A stretch of 64,000 nucleotides of DNA, from positions 124,001 through 188,000 of the forward strand of contig CP060765.1 of assembly GCA_023205875.1 (NCBI GenBank). The letters are read 5' to 3'. Positions within the stretch are counted from its first letter, which is position 1. The number at the start of each line of letters is the position of its first letter. The translations under genes and the position numbers were made by a program. This DNA comes from Chloropicon primus. Its lineage: Eukaryota. Under the pieces are notes generated by a model that ran no database searches, was not told the origin of the DNA, and worked only from the letters and a program-made list of their open reading frames with translations. Below are positions 44,080-56,157 of the stretch, piece after piece.

Positions 44080-44668
44080 CCTCAAAATGGACCCTTCCTC
44101 TTCGAAAGCTTCGCGAAACGCGACGCCGCTTTGCAGAGAGACGGAAGGCGACCCTCTCGATGCGATGGCCCTCCCTCCTTCCCTCAAACACTTCACGCCG
44201 CTCCCTCAAAGCCACGTCACTTCCACCTCTGGCCAGCCTCCTCCTCTGGCCACAATGGAAGAAAGAGTCGTCACGCGTCACTCCGACGCGCAAACGCTTC
44301 AAGTGAAGGGTCCACCGAAAGGTCGTAACATACGCTTTCGATCCGCGCTCCTCCCTCTCCCTCTCTCCCCCGCCCGTCGACCGCGTCGACCTCCAAAGTC
44401 GTTAGAGAGGCGCACCTCTCGATCCCCTCCCCCTCCAAAAAAAAATTCTGTCCAAGCTGCTGCTGACGATTCACTAGCTGAGCGCCAAGCTTCTGTTGCC
44501 AGTGATACATTAGCCAAGCTGGTGGATGGAGGAGATGAAGGAGATTGGATGGCTTGGCTTTCCCTCTCTCGTTGTCCTCTTTCATGGCCTGACGCTGCCT
44601 CAGCTTATTGGTGTTGCTTCATAGTAATCGGACGAGTATTATTGATATAATAATAGTTTTGGTTTGGA

Positions 44669-46765
44669 TTAGCCGACCTGCTGCTGCTTGGTTAGGTTGA
44701 GCTGGATGTCCGTGGACTGCTTGAAGAGGCCCTTCTTGTTCTTCCAGGCCTTGTCCAGGTCCTTGAGGCCCAGGGACAACGGGTCACCGAGCGTGTTGCC
44801 CACAAAGGCGGTGTGGAACCAAAAGAAAAAGTGAAGGCCTTGCTCCTTGCCCGCCTTGGTGACGCTGATCTTGCTCGTGATCTCGCCGATGGTGGGCGCC
44901 CTCTGGCCCTCCTCGAGACCGAAGACCCTCAGCCTCACGTCCCCGTGGACCCGGCAGCCCCCATCCTGGGAGAGATCGATCTCGAACGACCCGTCCTCGC
45001 TCACACGGGTCTCGCTGGTCACCTTGAGAAAGTCTTGGCTCTTGGTGTCCACGACGCAGTACACAAACGTGGGGACCGAGGGCTTGTCGGACGCCTTTTC
45101 GTCGGGAGCCAAGTACGGATTCGTCTCGAAGCAGATGGGTGCCCTGAGGGACTGGAGCGTAACGTACGTGTCCGGCACGTAGGGCAGGGTCACCAGGGTC
45201 CTGTTCGGTTCCAGGTTCTTCCAACTCCAGTTGCTGTGGAGGTACGATTCGAAGTACTTGACGTACCTCTTCTGGGAAGGGGTTTCGATCCCTTGGAGTT
45301 TGCCCTTCTTGGTGAGGTCCGTCCGCTTCTTGGCAAATAGGCTCATCGCCTTGTCGCTGCTGGCTTGCTGCTTGGAATACAGGAGCCATGCCACGACAGC
45401 AGTGCCGGACCTCCCCTTGCCCCCCCTGCAGTGCACCGCAAGCACCGCCTTGCTCTTCCCCCCCTTGGCCCCCGTAACGCTCGGCGCGTTACTCTTCGCC
45501 GTCACGCTCTCCGCGGTCTTCCTTTTGAAAAAGTCCCGAGCGCTGTGGCACATGTCGATCAACTGGTTCAAGCTCGGCGGCGTGTGGTCCTGCACCGAGT
45601 ACCGAAGTATCTCGCCACCCGAGGCATGAAAGTAAGAGTCCGCGTAAGGCAGCTCAGGACAGAAGTTGTGGATCTGGTACATACCGCACAAGCCCTGGCC
45701 GTCTGGCCTCATCTCCGTGTGCTTGGTCCTGAAGAACCTCTCCACTTCCTCGATCGGGTTTCTGTAGAGCTTGAGGATGCTGTCCACGGCGGGAACCGAC
45801 ATGGCGATGACATCCTTGGTGATGTAGCAAAGGTCGAGGTCGAACCCTTCCCTCTGGTAACGCTTCTTGTTCGTCCCAACCCTGTTCCTGGCCGCAAGCT
45901 TGGCACTCGCAGTCGCACCGAGAGACCGCGTGATCACCCGAAGGGAGTGCGTCGCCAGCCTCGCCTTCTGGATCAGCCTGAGGTGGCTCGCCACCCGGAC
46001 GCTTCTGCCCGCGAGGAGCGCACCGGTGTAATCCAAGTCGGCAATCACCAGGGCAACGGAGCCGATGGTGATGGCGAAGTCAAACCAATTCAGCTTCTTC
46101 TTGAAGAAGATCTTTGGAGTGTCCGCCAAGATGCGCAGGGATATCTCGAAGGTCAGGATGATCACAATCAGCGCCGTGCAGATGTCAACTGCCTGGTGCA
46201 CGTTCAGCTTGTCCTTCTCGTTCGCTTTCGTGTCGCCCCTGTCCACGAACGCCTCTGTGATCAGCAGGGCCACGTCGAGGACAAGCAAGATGATTATGAA
46301 TGCCTGCACCTGTACGCTGTAAACGAACTCCCTGCACTTGGTTCTCATGGAAAACGATTCCGGTTGGGATGCCTCTCCAGATTCTTTTCCAGCGCCGTCA
46401 TCCTCGCTCGCTAGGACGTTCACCTTGACCACAGAGCCCCTCGCTTCCTCGTCGCTTGGGTCTGCGCCCGCGCAGGCCTCCGAGAAGATTGGGTTCAACT
46501 TTGGTGGAGAACTCTGCGTCCTCGCGGGCTGGCCCTCCGCTGGTCCGGTGCCACCCTCACCACCCTCGTCATCGTCGTGATCGTGCAAACCGCTGAACAA
46601 CGGATTGCTCTGCTGCCTCGATTGCTTTCGCACGGTCACGGAGGTCTCCGTCATGACCACCTCCTCCTGAGTCTTAGGGTTGGCTTCGTTCCTCATGGAC
46701 CTCTCCCAGCTTATTTCCGTCAAAGCTATGGCCGTCTCGTCGTCTTCACTTCCTCTGCTATCCAT
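44669..46765 (-). CDS. Voltage-sensing phosphoinositide phosphatase (VSP/TPTE-like)
   Basis: Four TM segments with an Arg-rich S4, linker NKKRYQREGFDLDLCYIT, catalytic HCRGGKGRSG, IETPSQKRYV and a C2 region (HGDV..FFFWFHTAFV..LDKA). Confidence 0.88.
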   Translation of the reverse strand: MDSRGSEDDETAIALTEISWERSMRNEANPKTQEEVVMTETSVTVRKQSRQQSNPLFSGLHDHDDDEGGEGGTGPAEGQPARTQSSPPKLNPIFSEACAGADPSDEEARGSVVKVNVLASEDDGAGKESGEASQPESFSMRTKCREFVYSVQVQAFIIILLVLDVALLITEAFVDRGDTKANEKDKLNVHQAVDICTALIVIILTFEISLRILADTPKIFFKKKLNWFDFAITIGSVALVIADLDYTGALLAGRSVRVASHLRLIQKARLATHSLRVITRSLGATASAKLAARNRVGTNKKRYQREGFDLDLCYITKDVIAMSVPAVDSILKLYRNPIEEVERFFRTKHTEMRPDGQGLCGMYQIHNFCPELPYADSYFHASGGEILRYSVQDHTPPSLNQLIDMCHSARDFFKRKTAESVTAKSNAPSVTGAKGGKSKAVLAVHCRGGKGRSGTAVVAWLLYSKQQASSDKAMSLFAKKRTDLTKKGKLQGIETPSQKRYVKYFESYLHSNWSWKNLEPNRTLVTLPYVPDTYVTLQSLRAPICFETNPYLAPDEKASDKPSVPTFVYCVVDTKSQDFLKVTSETRVSEDGSFEIDLSQDGGCRVHGDVRLRVFGLEEGQRAPTIGEITSKISVTKAGKEQGLHFFFWFHTAFVGNTLGDPLSLGLKDLDKAWKNKKGLFKQSTDIQLNLTKQQQVG

Positions 46766-47095
46766 TTAACGTTACAAGAAGCACCACCAGCACCCTACGC
46801 AAGCCTCATACATAGCAACACGAGCAACAACAAGGCACACACCCTCTCCTGCTCCCCCCTCTCCCTCCTCGCTTGCCAAAGCGAATCGCCTCGAAGGAAA
46901 GAAAGGTATTTCTTGAGCTCAAGTTCGGGCGTTGACTCGATCCAAAACGGAAGCACGCTCGCTCGGCACAACAATCGCTCGCCCGATAACCCCTACCTCC
47001 TCGGAACAACTCGGTCAAGCCTCTCTCTCCCTTCAGCCCCTCTGCCTGTGGTAGGCTTCAACACTGGGAAGAAGCCAAAGGTTTCTCCAATCTTC

Positions 47096-47413
47096 GCACA
47101 CAAGCGTCACGTAACGAGGACAAAAGGGACGAGAGAACGACGGATCACGAAGCTTTCTCGATGATCAGCCTAAATTGGGCCACAACTCGTCAAGGATTCC
47201 ACCAAAGGACGCCTCCCTTCGCTCTTGAGTAGTTGGCTTTCGAGGTTGCCAAACCCTGTAATGCAGCTTTGTCGTCGAATGGCACACAAGCGTCACGTAA
47301 CGTGGACAAAAGGGACGAGAGAACGACGGATCACGAAGCTTTCTCGATGATCAGCCTAAAATTGGGCCACAACTCGTCAAGGATTCCACCAAAGGACGCC
47401 TCCCTTCGCTCTT
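47096..47413. repeat. Near-perfect ~131-bp direct repeat, two copies, 186-bp period
   Basis: 47096-47226 vs 47282-47413 differ by one substitution and one 1-bp indel by eye. Confidence 0.93.
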
Positions 47414-47898
47414 TGATCGCCGGCTCTTCTCCAGAGCTTCTCAAACCCGTAAATCGCACGACGTGAGTCAAATAATTTCAGATTCATAACGCCCAGAGGC
47501 GAGGGCGAAACGAGGGGTGAGTTCGGAACGACATAAGGGACGACGTAGGGGAGATAGGGTGGTGTAGGAAGGTGCCAAACGATTCCTTGTCTCTTGATCT
47601 TTCGTTTGACTGCTCTCTTGTGAAGAATGGCGCCGTGATGAGGATTTGAGAGACTGAAACGTTTGGCTCTCTCTTGCTTTTTGTCAAGGTGCGGAGGTGG
47701 TGAGTACGGGACTTGTGGAGGACGAGAAGGGGAGCGGGAGGCGAGGAGGAGGCCACCCAGAAAACCTTCGTCTCTTCTTCTTTCGAAAGAGCCCTCGCTC
47801 GAAGAACTCGGTGCCCTGCTTGAGCTAACGAGACTCGTTCTCTGCCTGTCTGTGTGTCTCGGTGCTGCAGAGGAGGGCTTCCTCGTGCAGCAGGCGCC

Positions 47899-49720
47899 AT
47901 GGCGCAGGGGTCTCGTGGGAAGGAGACGGTGGTTACGTTCGATGTCGGGGAGGAAAGTGGGAGCCCTGCCTTCGCTTCAAGCACAAGTGGGATGACGCTG
48001 TCCTCGAGGAGCGACGGGCTCACCCCGAAGGAGAAGCTCGCTGCAGCGAACGTCGCACAGTCTCGGGCGAACCCGTTTGTGAACAACACGCCGCCGTGGT
48101 CGAGGAAGATTGTCATCCAGACCGTGCTCGTGTCGATTTTCGTCCTCCCCCTGAGGCTCTTGCTGTTTTGCCCTTCCATTGTCATGGCGTGGATACTGGA
48201 TGCGATCGCGAACATCGGCCACTACGTGCACGATGAGCCTATGCCCCAGTGGCGCTGCCGCATAGTCAACTGGAGCTCCTACTTCTGGCGCGCTTGGCTC
48301 TTTTCCCTGAGCTTCCAGGAGATCAACGTGGTTGGCACCCCGGCGCCAAGGTCCGAGGCGCCCATCTGCGTGGTGAACCACGTCAGTTTCATTGACATCT
48401 TCATCATGTACGCCTGCAAGCGCTTCATGTTTGTGGCCAAGAAGGAGGTCACGAAAATTCCCTTCGGCCGGGACATCATCAGGGCTGGGCAGACGATTCT
48501 CGTGGACAGGACGAGCAAGAAGTCTTCGGAGAGCGCAAAGGAAGCCATCTGTGCGCGCGCCCGTCAAACGTCCAGCGAGTCGGCTCCCGGTGCTCCGGAG
48601 TGGCCCACCATCGTCATGTTCCCAGAGAGCACGTGCACGAACGGAACCGCCCTGATCACGTTCAAGCAAGGAGCCTTCATTGCCGGGGTGCCTGTTCAGC
48701 CCATAACCTTGAAGTACCACTGGAAGACTGCGGACCCTTGCAAGGTTTATGGCGGCGGGCCCGGGATAGGCATCATTCTGCTGAGAATGCTCACAAGTTG
48801 GCACAACTCCGTTGATGTCCACTTTATGGGTGAGTGAGGCTTTTGGACTGGCTCTCCTTTGGCTGGGACTTCGTTTCTCTGACTAACCCCCCCCCAACAC
48901 ACATCGCCTCGTTCTCCTTCTTGCAGATGTGTACCAGCCGGACGAGGAAGAGAAGCGGGACGCGCTCCTCTACTCGGAGCACGTCAGGGTGCTGATGGCG
49001 AGGGACTTGAGAATTCCTGTGACAAACCACTCTTATGCCGATGTGCAGCTTCTCCTGGCGGCGCAGAAGATGAACATCAGGGGAAACTCAAGGAAGAAGC
49101 TGAACCTCGAGATGAACACCTTGACGGATATCTTGGACGCGAATTGCTCCGTGGAGGAGTTCAAATTCTTCGTCAACGAGTTCCACAAGGCCGCCGGGAA
49201 GGATGGGGAGCTGACCCAAGACCAGCTGTTCGAGGTGCTCGGAATGGAAAGGAACCCTGTCACCGAGAGGGTCTTCCAGCTCATTGACATCAACTCGGAC
49301 GGGACGCTCCAATTCAAAGAATTCATGTCCGGCGTAGCGTTGCTGTACTTCAGCAAGGACCCTGAGATGCACAAGCAGACGCTCGCTGAGATCGTGAGCA
49401 GGGGTCAGTCCTCCGAGACAGGGAGGCTGTACTTTGATGAGGCCGACCTGATGTGCGTCGCAAACATGAAGAGCTTCGCCTTCAGCAGGAAGAAGAAGTT
49501 CCCGGTGAGCAAGATGAAGTCCATGATGGACATGTCCGAGGACCATCCGTCGGTCTTGAGCACGGTGTCCTTGGCCACCGAGGCATCAGATACGGAGGCT
49601 TCCCCAAGCTCGCCGCCGCCCCAGCTGTGGTGGACGCCTGACGAATTGTACCAGTACATCAAGAGGAATCCAAAGGACTTTGCCTGGCTCCAAAACCCTT
49701 CCCTGATCAAGAAAAAGTAA
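47899..49720 (+). CDS. Lysophospholipid acyltransferase (LPCAT/LPEAT2-like) with EF-hand
   Basis: NHVSFID (HX4D), MFPESTCTNG, FKQGAF and EF-hand DINSDGTLQFKE. Exons 47899-48829 and 48927-49720; intron 48830-48926. Confidence 0.88.
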
Positions 49721-50260
49721 CGAGCCAGTAACGCCTGCTGGCCCTCGATCAAGGGGAAAAAGGCAAACCGCCGACTACAGGTGACAGAGGAGACAGAGGA
49801 GACAGAGGAGACAGAGGGAGAGGCAGAAAGCCAGGGGAGGAGGAAGGACGAGAGCATCGGGAGTGGGGCACTTGAATGATTCAAGTTGAACTCCCACTGC
49901 GGGAAGGACAGTTTCTACTTTTTTTGATTTCGATGGATGACGTTCTTCGTCGTCGAAGTATGAATGCTTGCCCTTATCCACAACAGCCGGGGCCGTCCAG
50001 GTGAGTGAGTGTGTCGAAAGGAGAGGGGTTCTCGGGCGGACAGAGGCGTGGTTCGGAAGAATCGTCGCAACAGGCGGAAGCTTCTCCTCTTCCTCTTTCG
50101 TTTGACCCCACCCTCTCCGAAAATGGTGAAGCACCGAGTTGAATGGATTGCCAAAAACCAAAGCCCTTCGTTTGTTTGTTTGTTGCAGGATGGATGAATG
50201 GATTGCCTCTAACACGTTTGAGTTCGGTTCAGACTTTGGTTTTCGTTGCAGAGAGCGAGG

Positions 50261-50742
50261 ATGATAGCAGGGAGAGGGACACGGGGGTCGAGGAGCGTTG
50301 GACCGAGAGGATGCCACGCCCCTCGGTGGGTGAACCACAGGAGGCCCTGGGGTCCCTCGACTTCACCGGCTTGCAGACTCGCGAGGGAAGCCAGGAGGAA
50401 CGTGGCCGTGTGTGCCATCTCGGTGAACGAATTCAAGACGGGCTTGACCATCGAGATCGACAAGGCGCCGTGGCGCGTCGTGGAGTTCCTTCATGTCAAG
50501 CCAGGAAAGGGTGCGGCCTTCGTGAGGTCAAAGCTCAAGAACGTGATTACTGGCAACACCGTGGAGAAGACCTTCAGGGCCGGTGAGAAGGTAGAGCTCG
50601 CCCAGATGGAGAAGTCCACCAAACAGTTCACCTACATGGACGGAGACCAGTACGTTTTCATGGACATGACGTCCTACGAGGAGATTAGACTCGAAAAGGT
50701 AAGCGCCGTGTTGGGATTTCCGCTCGCCGCCGTCGTCGCTCG

Positions 50743-50776
<34 letters not shown>

Positions 50777-51165
50777 TTCCTTTCCGCAGACAAGCCAAGG
50801 TCACCGAGCCGAAGCTTCCGATGACTGAAGCCTTCTCTCTCCCTCCCTCTCTCTTCTCTCTCTGGCTGGCGCGCGCAAAACCGCAGGACGACACTTGGGC
50901 CAAGTTCTTGAAGGAGGGAATGGAAGCCGGGGTCCTGGAGTGGGAGGGGAAGGTCATCGGCGTGGAGCTTCCCAGGACCGTTTCCCTCCAGGTCACGCAG
51001 ACGGACACGGGGGACAAGGGCAACACCAAGTCGGGAGGTGGTGACAAGCCAGCGACCTTGGAGACGGGCCACGTCGTCACGGTGCCTCTCTTCGTGCAAG
51101 AGGGCGAGAACGTCATCGTAGACACCGTAACCGGAAAGTACATGAGCAGAGATAAGGACGCTTAA
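50261..51165 (+). CDS. efp: Translation elongation factor P, plastid
   Basis: [21 protein letters not shown] and [13 protein letters not shown], plus a transit peptide. Exons 50261-50698 and 50887-51165. Confidence 0.95.
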
Positions 51166-51308
51166 ACACACAACCCTTTTGGGGCACCACCATTATAACT
51201 CTAATGCAAAACCACCGACGCCACCAAACTCTCCAAACTCTCCGCCAGCCAAGAGAAGCAGAAGGCAGAGCAAAATCGTAACGCCTGCCCCTGGTCGCAG
51301 AGAGAGAG

Positions 51309-52624
51309 ATGGTGGTGAAGGAGGAGCGTCAAGGGGGGTGCTCCGTGATTGTCGCGTCGAGCCATGGGGTGCAGTCGTACTCGGACGGCACCTTGGATAC
51401 CCCTTTGCTCGAGAGTCCGGAACACACGTCGACGTCGACGTCGAGCCACGAAGAGGAGCCGCCATGGCTGAAACGCTTTCGTGGCTTCCTGATTGTTTTC
51501 GGCGCCGCGACGTTCCTCTCGTCGTCGAGCTTCATCCCCGTCTTCAACAAGAGGCTCTTCGACAGCGGAAGGTTTCATTACCCGCTGTTCACGACGACGG
51601 TGTACCTCCTCGTGTGCGCCCTCGGAGGGCTCGCTTACTTTTCCAGCAAGTCAGCATGGCGGTGCCTTGGCGGCCGAGGTGCTGGGTCGAGGTGCCACTA
51701 CTTGACAGCAAAGTACTGGAAGGACATCGTCAAGGCAACTTGGCTGCTCGGGATAGCCTTTGGCTCGAAGCTTGGCTTGGCGAACATCGGGTTGGATCTG
51801 GTGCGGTGCGGTGCGGCGCGTGCGTGCGACAGCGATCCGCGATTGCTTGTGCTGACCTGGTTCTGTTTCTTCTCTCGTCTCCTTGGCCTCCTCAGGTGAG
51901 CACGGACTACCACGTTCTCTTTGCTTCCACCTCCTTGGTGTGGGTTGCGGTGATTGGCTACGCCTTTCTTGGGGAACAGCCGACGACGGAGGTGTGGTGC
52001 CTGACTCTGTTCATGACCGTCGGGAACATCATGCTGTCGCTTCAATTCACTTCGGAGAAGCAGGCAACCGTTCTGGGCCTCGTCACCAACCTCCTGGTTC
52101 CCGTGCTACAGGGCGTGTGCATCGTGCTCATGAGGCACGCCTCCCTGGTTCTCTTCCCTCAGTGGATGACCAAGGAGAGCTCCAACTCTGGCAGGCTCTC
52201 TGGCGGCGCCAACAGCTTGCGCGGCTTCGAGACACGGGACTTTTACTTCAACCTCGACACGCTTGTCGGCTACACATCCGTCAAGTGCTTCTTCAGCTTC
52301 CTGGCAGCATTGGCGGCAGCGTTGGCAAAGGAGGGCTACTTTGCCGACGTGCCGTTTTGGGACGCGCTTTCGATCGGCATCGCCCTCGACCTGGTGGTGG
52401 GCTCCGTGGTGACCTTTTTCCTCCAGGGCAGCCTCGTCCTCCTCAGCATGCTCTCCGTAGCTCTGACCACGGGAGTCCTCAGCGTTCTCAAGGTGATCCC
52501 CCAGACCTTTGCTGCCATCTGGTTCAGCTCGAGCGTCTTTGACCCCACAGCCCTGCACATCGCTGGAGTCTCAATCATCATCCTCTCAAGCCTCGCTTAC
52601 GCGTGGCTGCGGCTCAAGCACTAG
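51309..52624 (+). CDS. TPT/nucleotide-sugar transporter family (DMT superfamily) membrane protein
   Basis: FNKRLF...FHYPLFTT and about 10 TM segments. Exons 51309-51800 and 51896-52624; intron 51801-51895 is in frame. Confidence 0.78.
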
Positions 52625-52710
52625 CCAGGGAGAAGGGACGCCACACAACAATTTTGTCAACAAAAAGTATGAGAGTAAGTATCTATCACACACAAACAGT
52701 TTTGCCTCCA

Positions 52711-52999
52711 ACAGTTTTGCCTCCAAAGAACTTAAAAGTTTTTGTCATGTCATCCTAAACACCTTTATGAAGTCCAAGCCTCCTTCCCTCTCCAAGCCAA
52801 AGCCTCCTCGAGAGAGGCGGGCGTTACCATTGAAGCCGGGACACACACACAGACACAAACAGTTTTGCCTCCAAAGAACATAAACGTTTTTGTCATGTCA
52901 TCCTAAACACCTTTATGAAGTCCAAGCCTCCTTCCCTCTCCAAGCCAAGCCGCCTCCTCGAGTCCTCGAGAGAGGCGGGCGTTACATTTCAAGCCGGGA
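52711..52999. repeat. ~135-bp direct repeat, two copies, 148-bp period
   Basis: 52711-52841 vs 52859-52999 share gtttttgtcatgtcatcctaaacacctttatgaagtccaagcctccttccctctccaagccaa. Confidence 0.9.
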
Positions 53000-53066
53000 G
53001 CTAACGCCTCGGTTTTACTTTTTCCAAAAGCGCAGCAGGAGGAGAGAAAGGGAGAGGGAGAGCGTG

Positions 53067-55239
53067 ATGGCTGGCGAGATAGAGGAGCAGGAGGAGAGGC
53101 CCCACGTGGTTATGACGGACCTGAGCGCGTCTCGGGATCCGGAGAGCCAGGCGCCGCTGCGGGGTCGAGGAGCCGTAATGACGACGGCGAGTCAAAGGAG
53201 GCAGCAGCAGCAGCAGGGGAAGGGGAAAGGGAAGAAAGCGACGTCGACGTCCGTGTTTGACGCGTTCCAGAACCCCTTCGCTCTTCTGTCTAGGAAGACG
53301 ACGAGGAACATCACGTCGAGCCTCGGCCACGTCGACGGAAGGAGCCTGAGGAGGGACGACTCCTCGGACCTGAAGAGTCCGACCAACCTGGAGGAGTCCA
53401 ACTATCAGAGCCCAAGGACCGATTGGGACGGTTTGGAGTCGAGTCACCTGGCGAGCGCTGACATGAAGAGGACGACGAGCTTCTTGAACAACAACCCGAG
53501 GATACACCAGTCCATGGACGCGTTTCTTGTCGAGAACCAATCCTCAAGCGTGAAGATCGCGGCGCGGAGCGTGAGGCAGTTGTCCGACGGAAGCAGCACC
53601 GGCCTGGGCAAGGGCCAGATGAAGCCCAAGCACAAGAAAGTCATCAAGAAGTACATCGGCCTGGTGCCCACTGCCCCGGTGAGGGACCAGCCTGTGGGCT
53701 CCGGAACGGGCGATGGCGTCAACCTGAGGTTTCGCTACAAGCTCTCCAATCTGAAGAGGAAGGTCATCAACGAGAGGGACGGGAATTCGAAGATTGTTCG
53801 GTTCAACGAGTCCAGGATGGCCAAGTTCGGGTGGCTGGGAGTCATGCAAGGCACGGTCTTCTCGAAACCTTCGGCTCCATTCATCTGGTACCAGTCCTTG
53901 TCCCTGCTCTTCCTTTCGTGGCTATCGTTCGCCGTGTGCTATTTGTCGGCAATGTACGCCCCTTCCGTGGTGAGCTGGCAGGACTTTGAACACGACAATT
54001 TGGTCGAAGTTTGGGAGGTTCTGGACGAGTTCAAGGTCGTTGCTGACACCTCGCAAGTGCTGACGACTCTCGTCAGCTTCTTGCTCGGCTTGTATGTCAC
54101 AGTAAGTACACGAGTTCTTTCTAGTCGCGCGCGGCCTCTCTCTCATCTCTGACTGACTCTTGCTCTTTCGTCCCGTCGACAACAAGAAAACGGTGGATAT
54201 ATGGTGGAACATCAGGCACGAGCTGCTGCAGGGTGTGCTGAACACGATTGATTCCATGTGCGCGAGGCTCGCGGTGTACTTTCCCGGAAACACCAAGGAA
54301 GATGACGAGGCGAAAGAAATCATCCTGAGGTACGGAGTTTTGAGCGTGAAGCTTCTGTTCAAGGATGCCAAAGAGGTGGATTCCTGGAACATCGACGACC
54401 GGAAGAGGCTTGGCTGTGACAACTTGGGGGATCTGGTCGACGAGGGCTTGCTCCTGCCGCACGAGAAAGAGTTGCTCAAGGACTGCCCTTCCCGCGCTCA
54501 GGTCGTCTGGGTCTGGATTGCTTCCCTCTTCACCAAGTGGTGCCTGGACGGTCGTCTGCCAAGTCCACTGGAAAACCAGAACACCATCTTGGAGGAGTGC
54601 AACACCGCCAGGAACAACATCGCGATGATTCTGGCGCGGGTGAACACGCAGTACCCCATGTCCTACTCCCACCTGGTCATCAGCATGGTGAAAGTTCTGC
54701 TGATTATTCAAGCAGTCGTTGCCGGCTACATCTTCAGCCTGGCGGTGTACACCAGCTACTACTATTGGATGGCCACGCAGCTCGTCTACCTGATAGTTTG
54801 GACAATCTTTCACCAAGCCATGATCGACATCAAGGAGCATATCACGAACCCTTTCCGAGACAATCCAACAGACTTTTCGGAGATGATTCAGGCGGCCCGG
54901 GCGATCAACACCAACAGAGCCTTCTTCAACGCCGGCAAGCACCCTCCGTATGCCCACAAGACGAAGACAAACCCTGCGGCACTTCCTCCCCAGCTGATCG
55001 TGAGGCAGATCATCAGCTCCAGGCTGAAGAAGAGAACCGCGCAAACCAGTGGCCTCAGCCCAGTGGGCACTCCGGGCGGCATGAGGGTCAATCCGGAGAG
55101 GCACGCGGATCCGATGAGCCCGGGAAACAGCGGAAAATTCCTGGATGGACCGTCGCCGAGGCAGAGGACGTCAGCAGCCCCGTCCCCTCGAACAACCGAC
55201 GACCTTCTGAGAACTCCAAACAAGAACACGTACCTGTAA
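53067..55239 (+). CDS. Bestrophin-family anion channel
   Basis: SFLLGLYVT|KTVDIWW across intron 54102-54186, YPMSYSHLV and ITNPFRDNPTDF (NPF..DF signature). Confidence 0.8.
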
Positions 55240-55323
55240 GGGGAAGGAAGGCTTTGGGGTTGAGAAAAAAAAAAAAAAAAGCAAAAGAGAAAGTGTATTG
55301 TTATACAGGTGGGCGTTATATGT

Positions 55324-56157
55324 TTACAAACCCATTTGCTTGTAAAAGTCACAGAAGCTGTTGTAGTACACTCCCGTCAGGGTGTACTCGTTTTCGTCCT
55401 CAGGGAGCCTCCCGAGGTCTCTCAAGGCCTCCCCCAACCTCTCCCCCAAGGAGAACGGCTTTTCGAGGAAGGTGAGCAGGTACTCGGAAAACACCTCCCG
55501 GTTCCCTTCATAGTCCACCCCGTCTCCAAACCAATCGACCAGGGCCGCCGGCGTGGGTGGGGTGCTGGGGCTTGGCTGCTCGCTCCTGTCCCTGGCCTTG
55601 GACAAGGTCCCGGAGAGCAGGATGTTTTCGAACTTGAGCGCGCTGTTCTGCTCAAGGAGCTCCAGCCTCTGCCGCTCGCAGGCGTCGATCATTGTGTTCA
55701 GGTACTCCACCTGGTCCAGGAGGACCTGGTTGTCTCTCGCGAGGCACTCGTTGTCCCTCGTCAGAATCTGCTTGGCGGCCAGAAGGGCCTCCGCCTGCTT
55801 CGTCACCAGGTTCTCCACCCCGAGGGTATCCCCGGCAGCGTCCTTGGCCGCGGGCACACCGCGAGGAGTTCCCTCCTCCTCCCCGTCCGACACGTACACC
55901 TCGAAGGTGTCCGTCTGCACGCACTTGTCGTCGTGAGGCTGCTGCTTGGCAAGGAAGGCGAGGCCACTCACGTCGCCCTTCTCCACCTCCACCTCTCCCT
56001 TCCTCGGCGTCATATTCCTCCTTATCTCCTTGAGCACCGTCGTTCTCTTGCTCTTCAGCTCGTTCTTGATGTCCTTCTCGAACATCGTCTCGAAGTCCAC
56101 CGTGGATTTGATCATCCCGGCTTTCGACTTCTTCCTGCTCTTCGTCGCCCTCGGCAT
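55324..56157 (-). CDS. Uncharacterised 277-aa coiled-coil protein
   Basis: ATG-started ORF with coding-like GC3, a basic N-terminus and a central heptad run. Confidence 0.65.
   Translation of the reverse strand: MPRATKSRKKSKAGMIKSTVDFETMFEKDIKNELKSKRTTVLKEIRRNMTPRKGEVEVEKGDVSGLAFLAKQQPHDDKCVQTDTFEVYVSDGEEEGTPRGVPAAKDAAGDTLGVENLVTKQAEALLAAKQILTRDNECLARDNQVLLDQVEYLNTMIDACERQRLELLEQNSALKFENILLSGTLSKARDRSEQPSPSTPPTPAALVDWFGDGVDYEGNREVFSEYLLTFLEKPFSLGERLGEALRDLGRLPEDENEYTLTGVYYNSFCDFYKQMGL

Noticed and set aside
48619..48633. FPEST instead of the usual FPEGT in the acyltransferase
   Set aside because: A single substitution with the other motifs intact; not enough to claim altered function.
47096..52999. 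Direct repeats considered as CRISPR arrays or LTRs
   Set aside because: Only two adjacent copies each, no repeat-spacer array, no cas/gag/pol genes, and a eukaryotic context.
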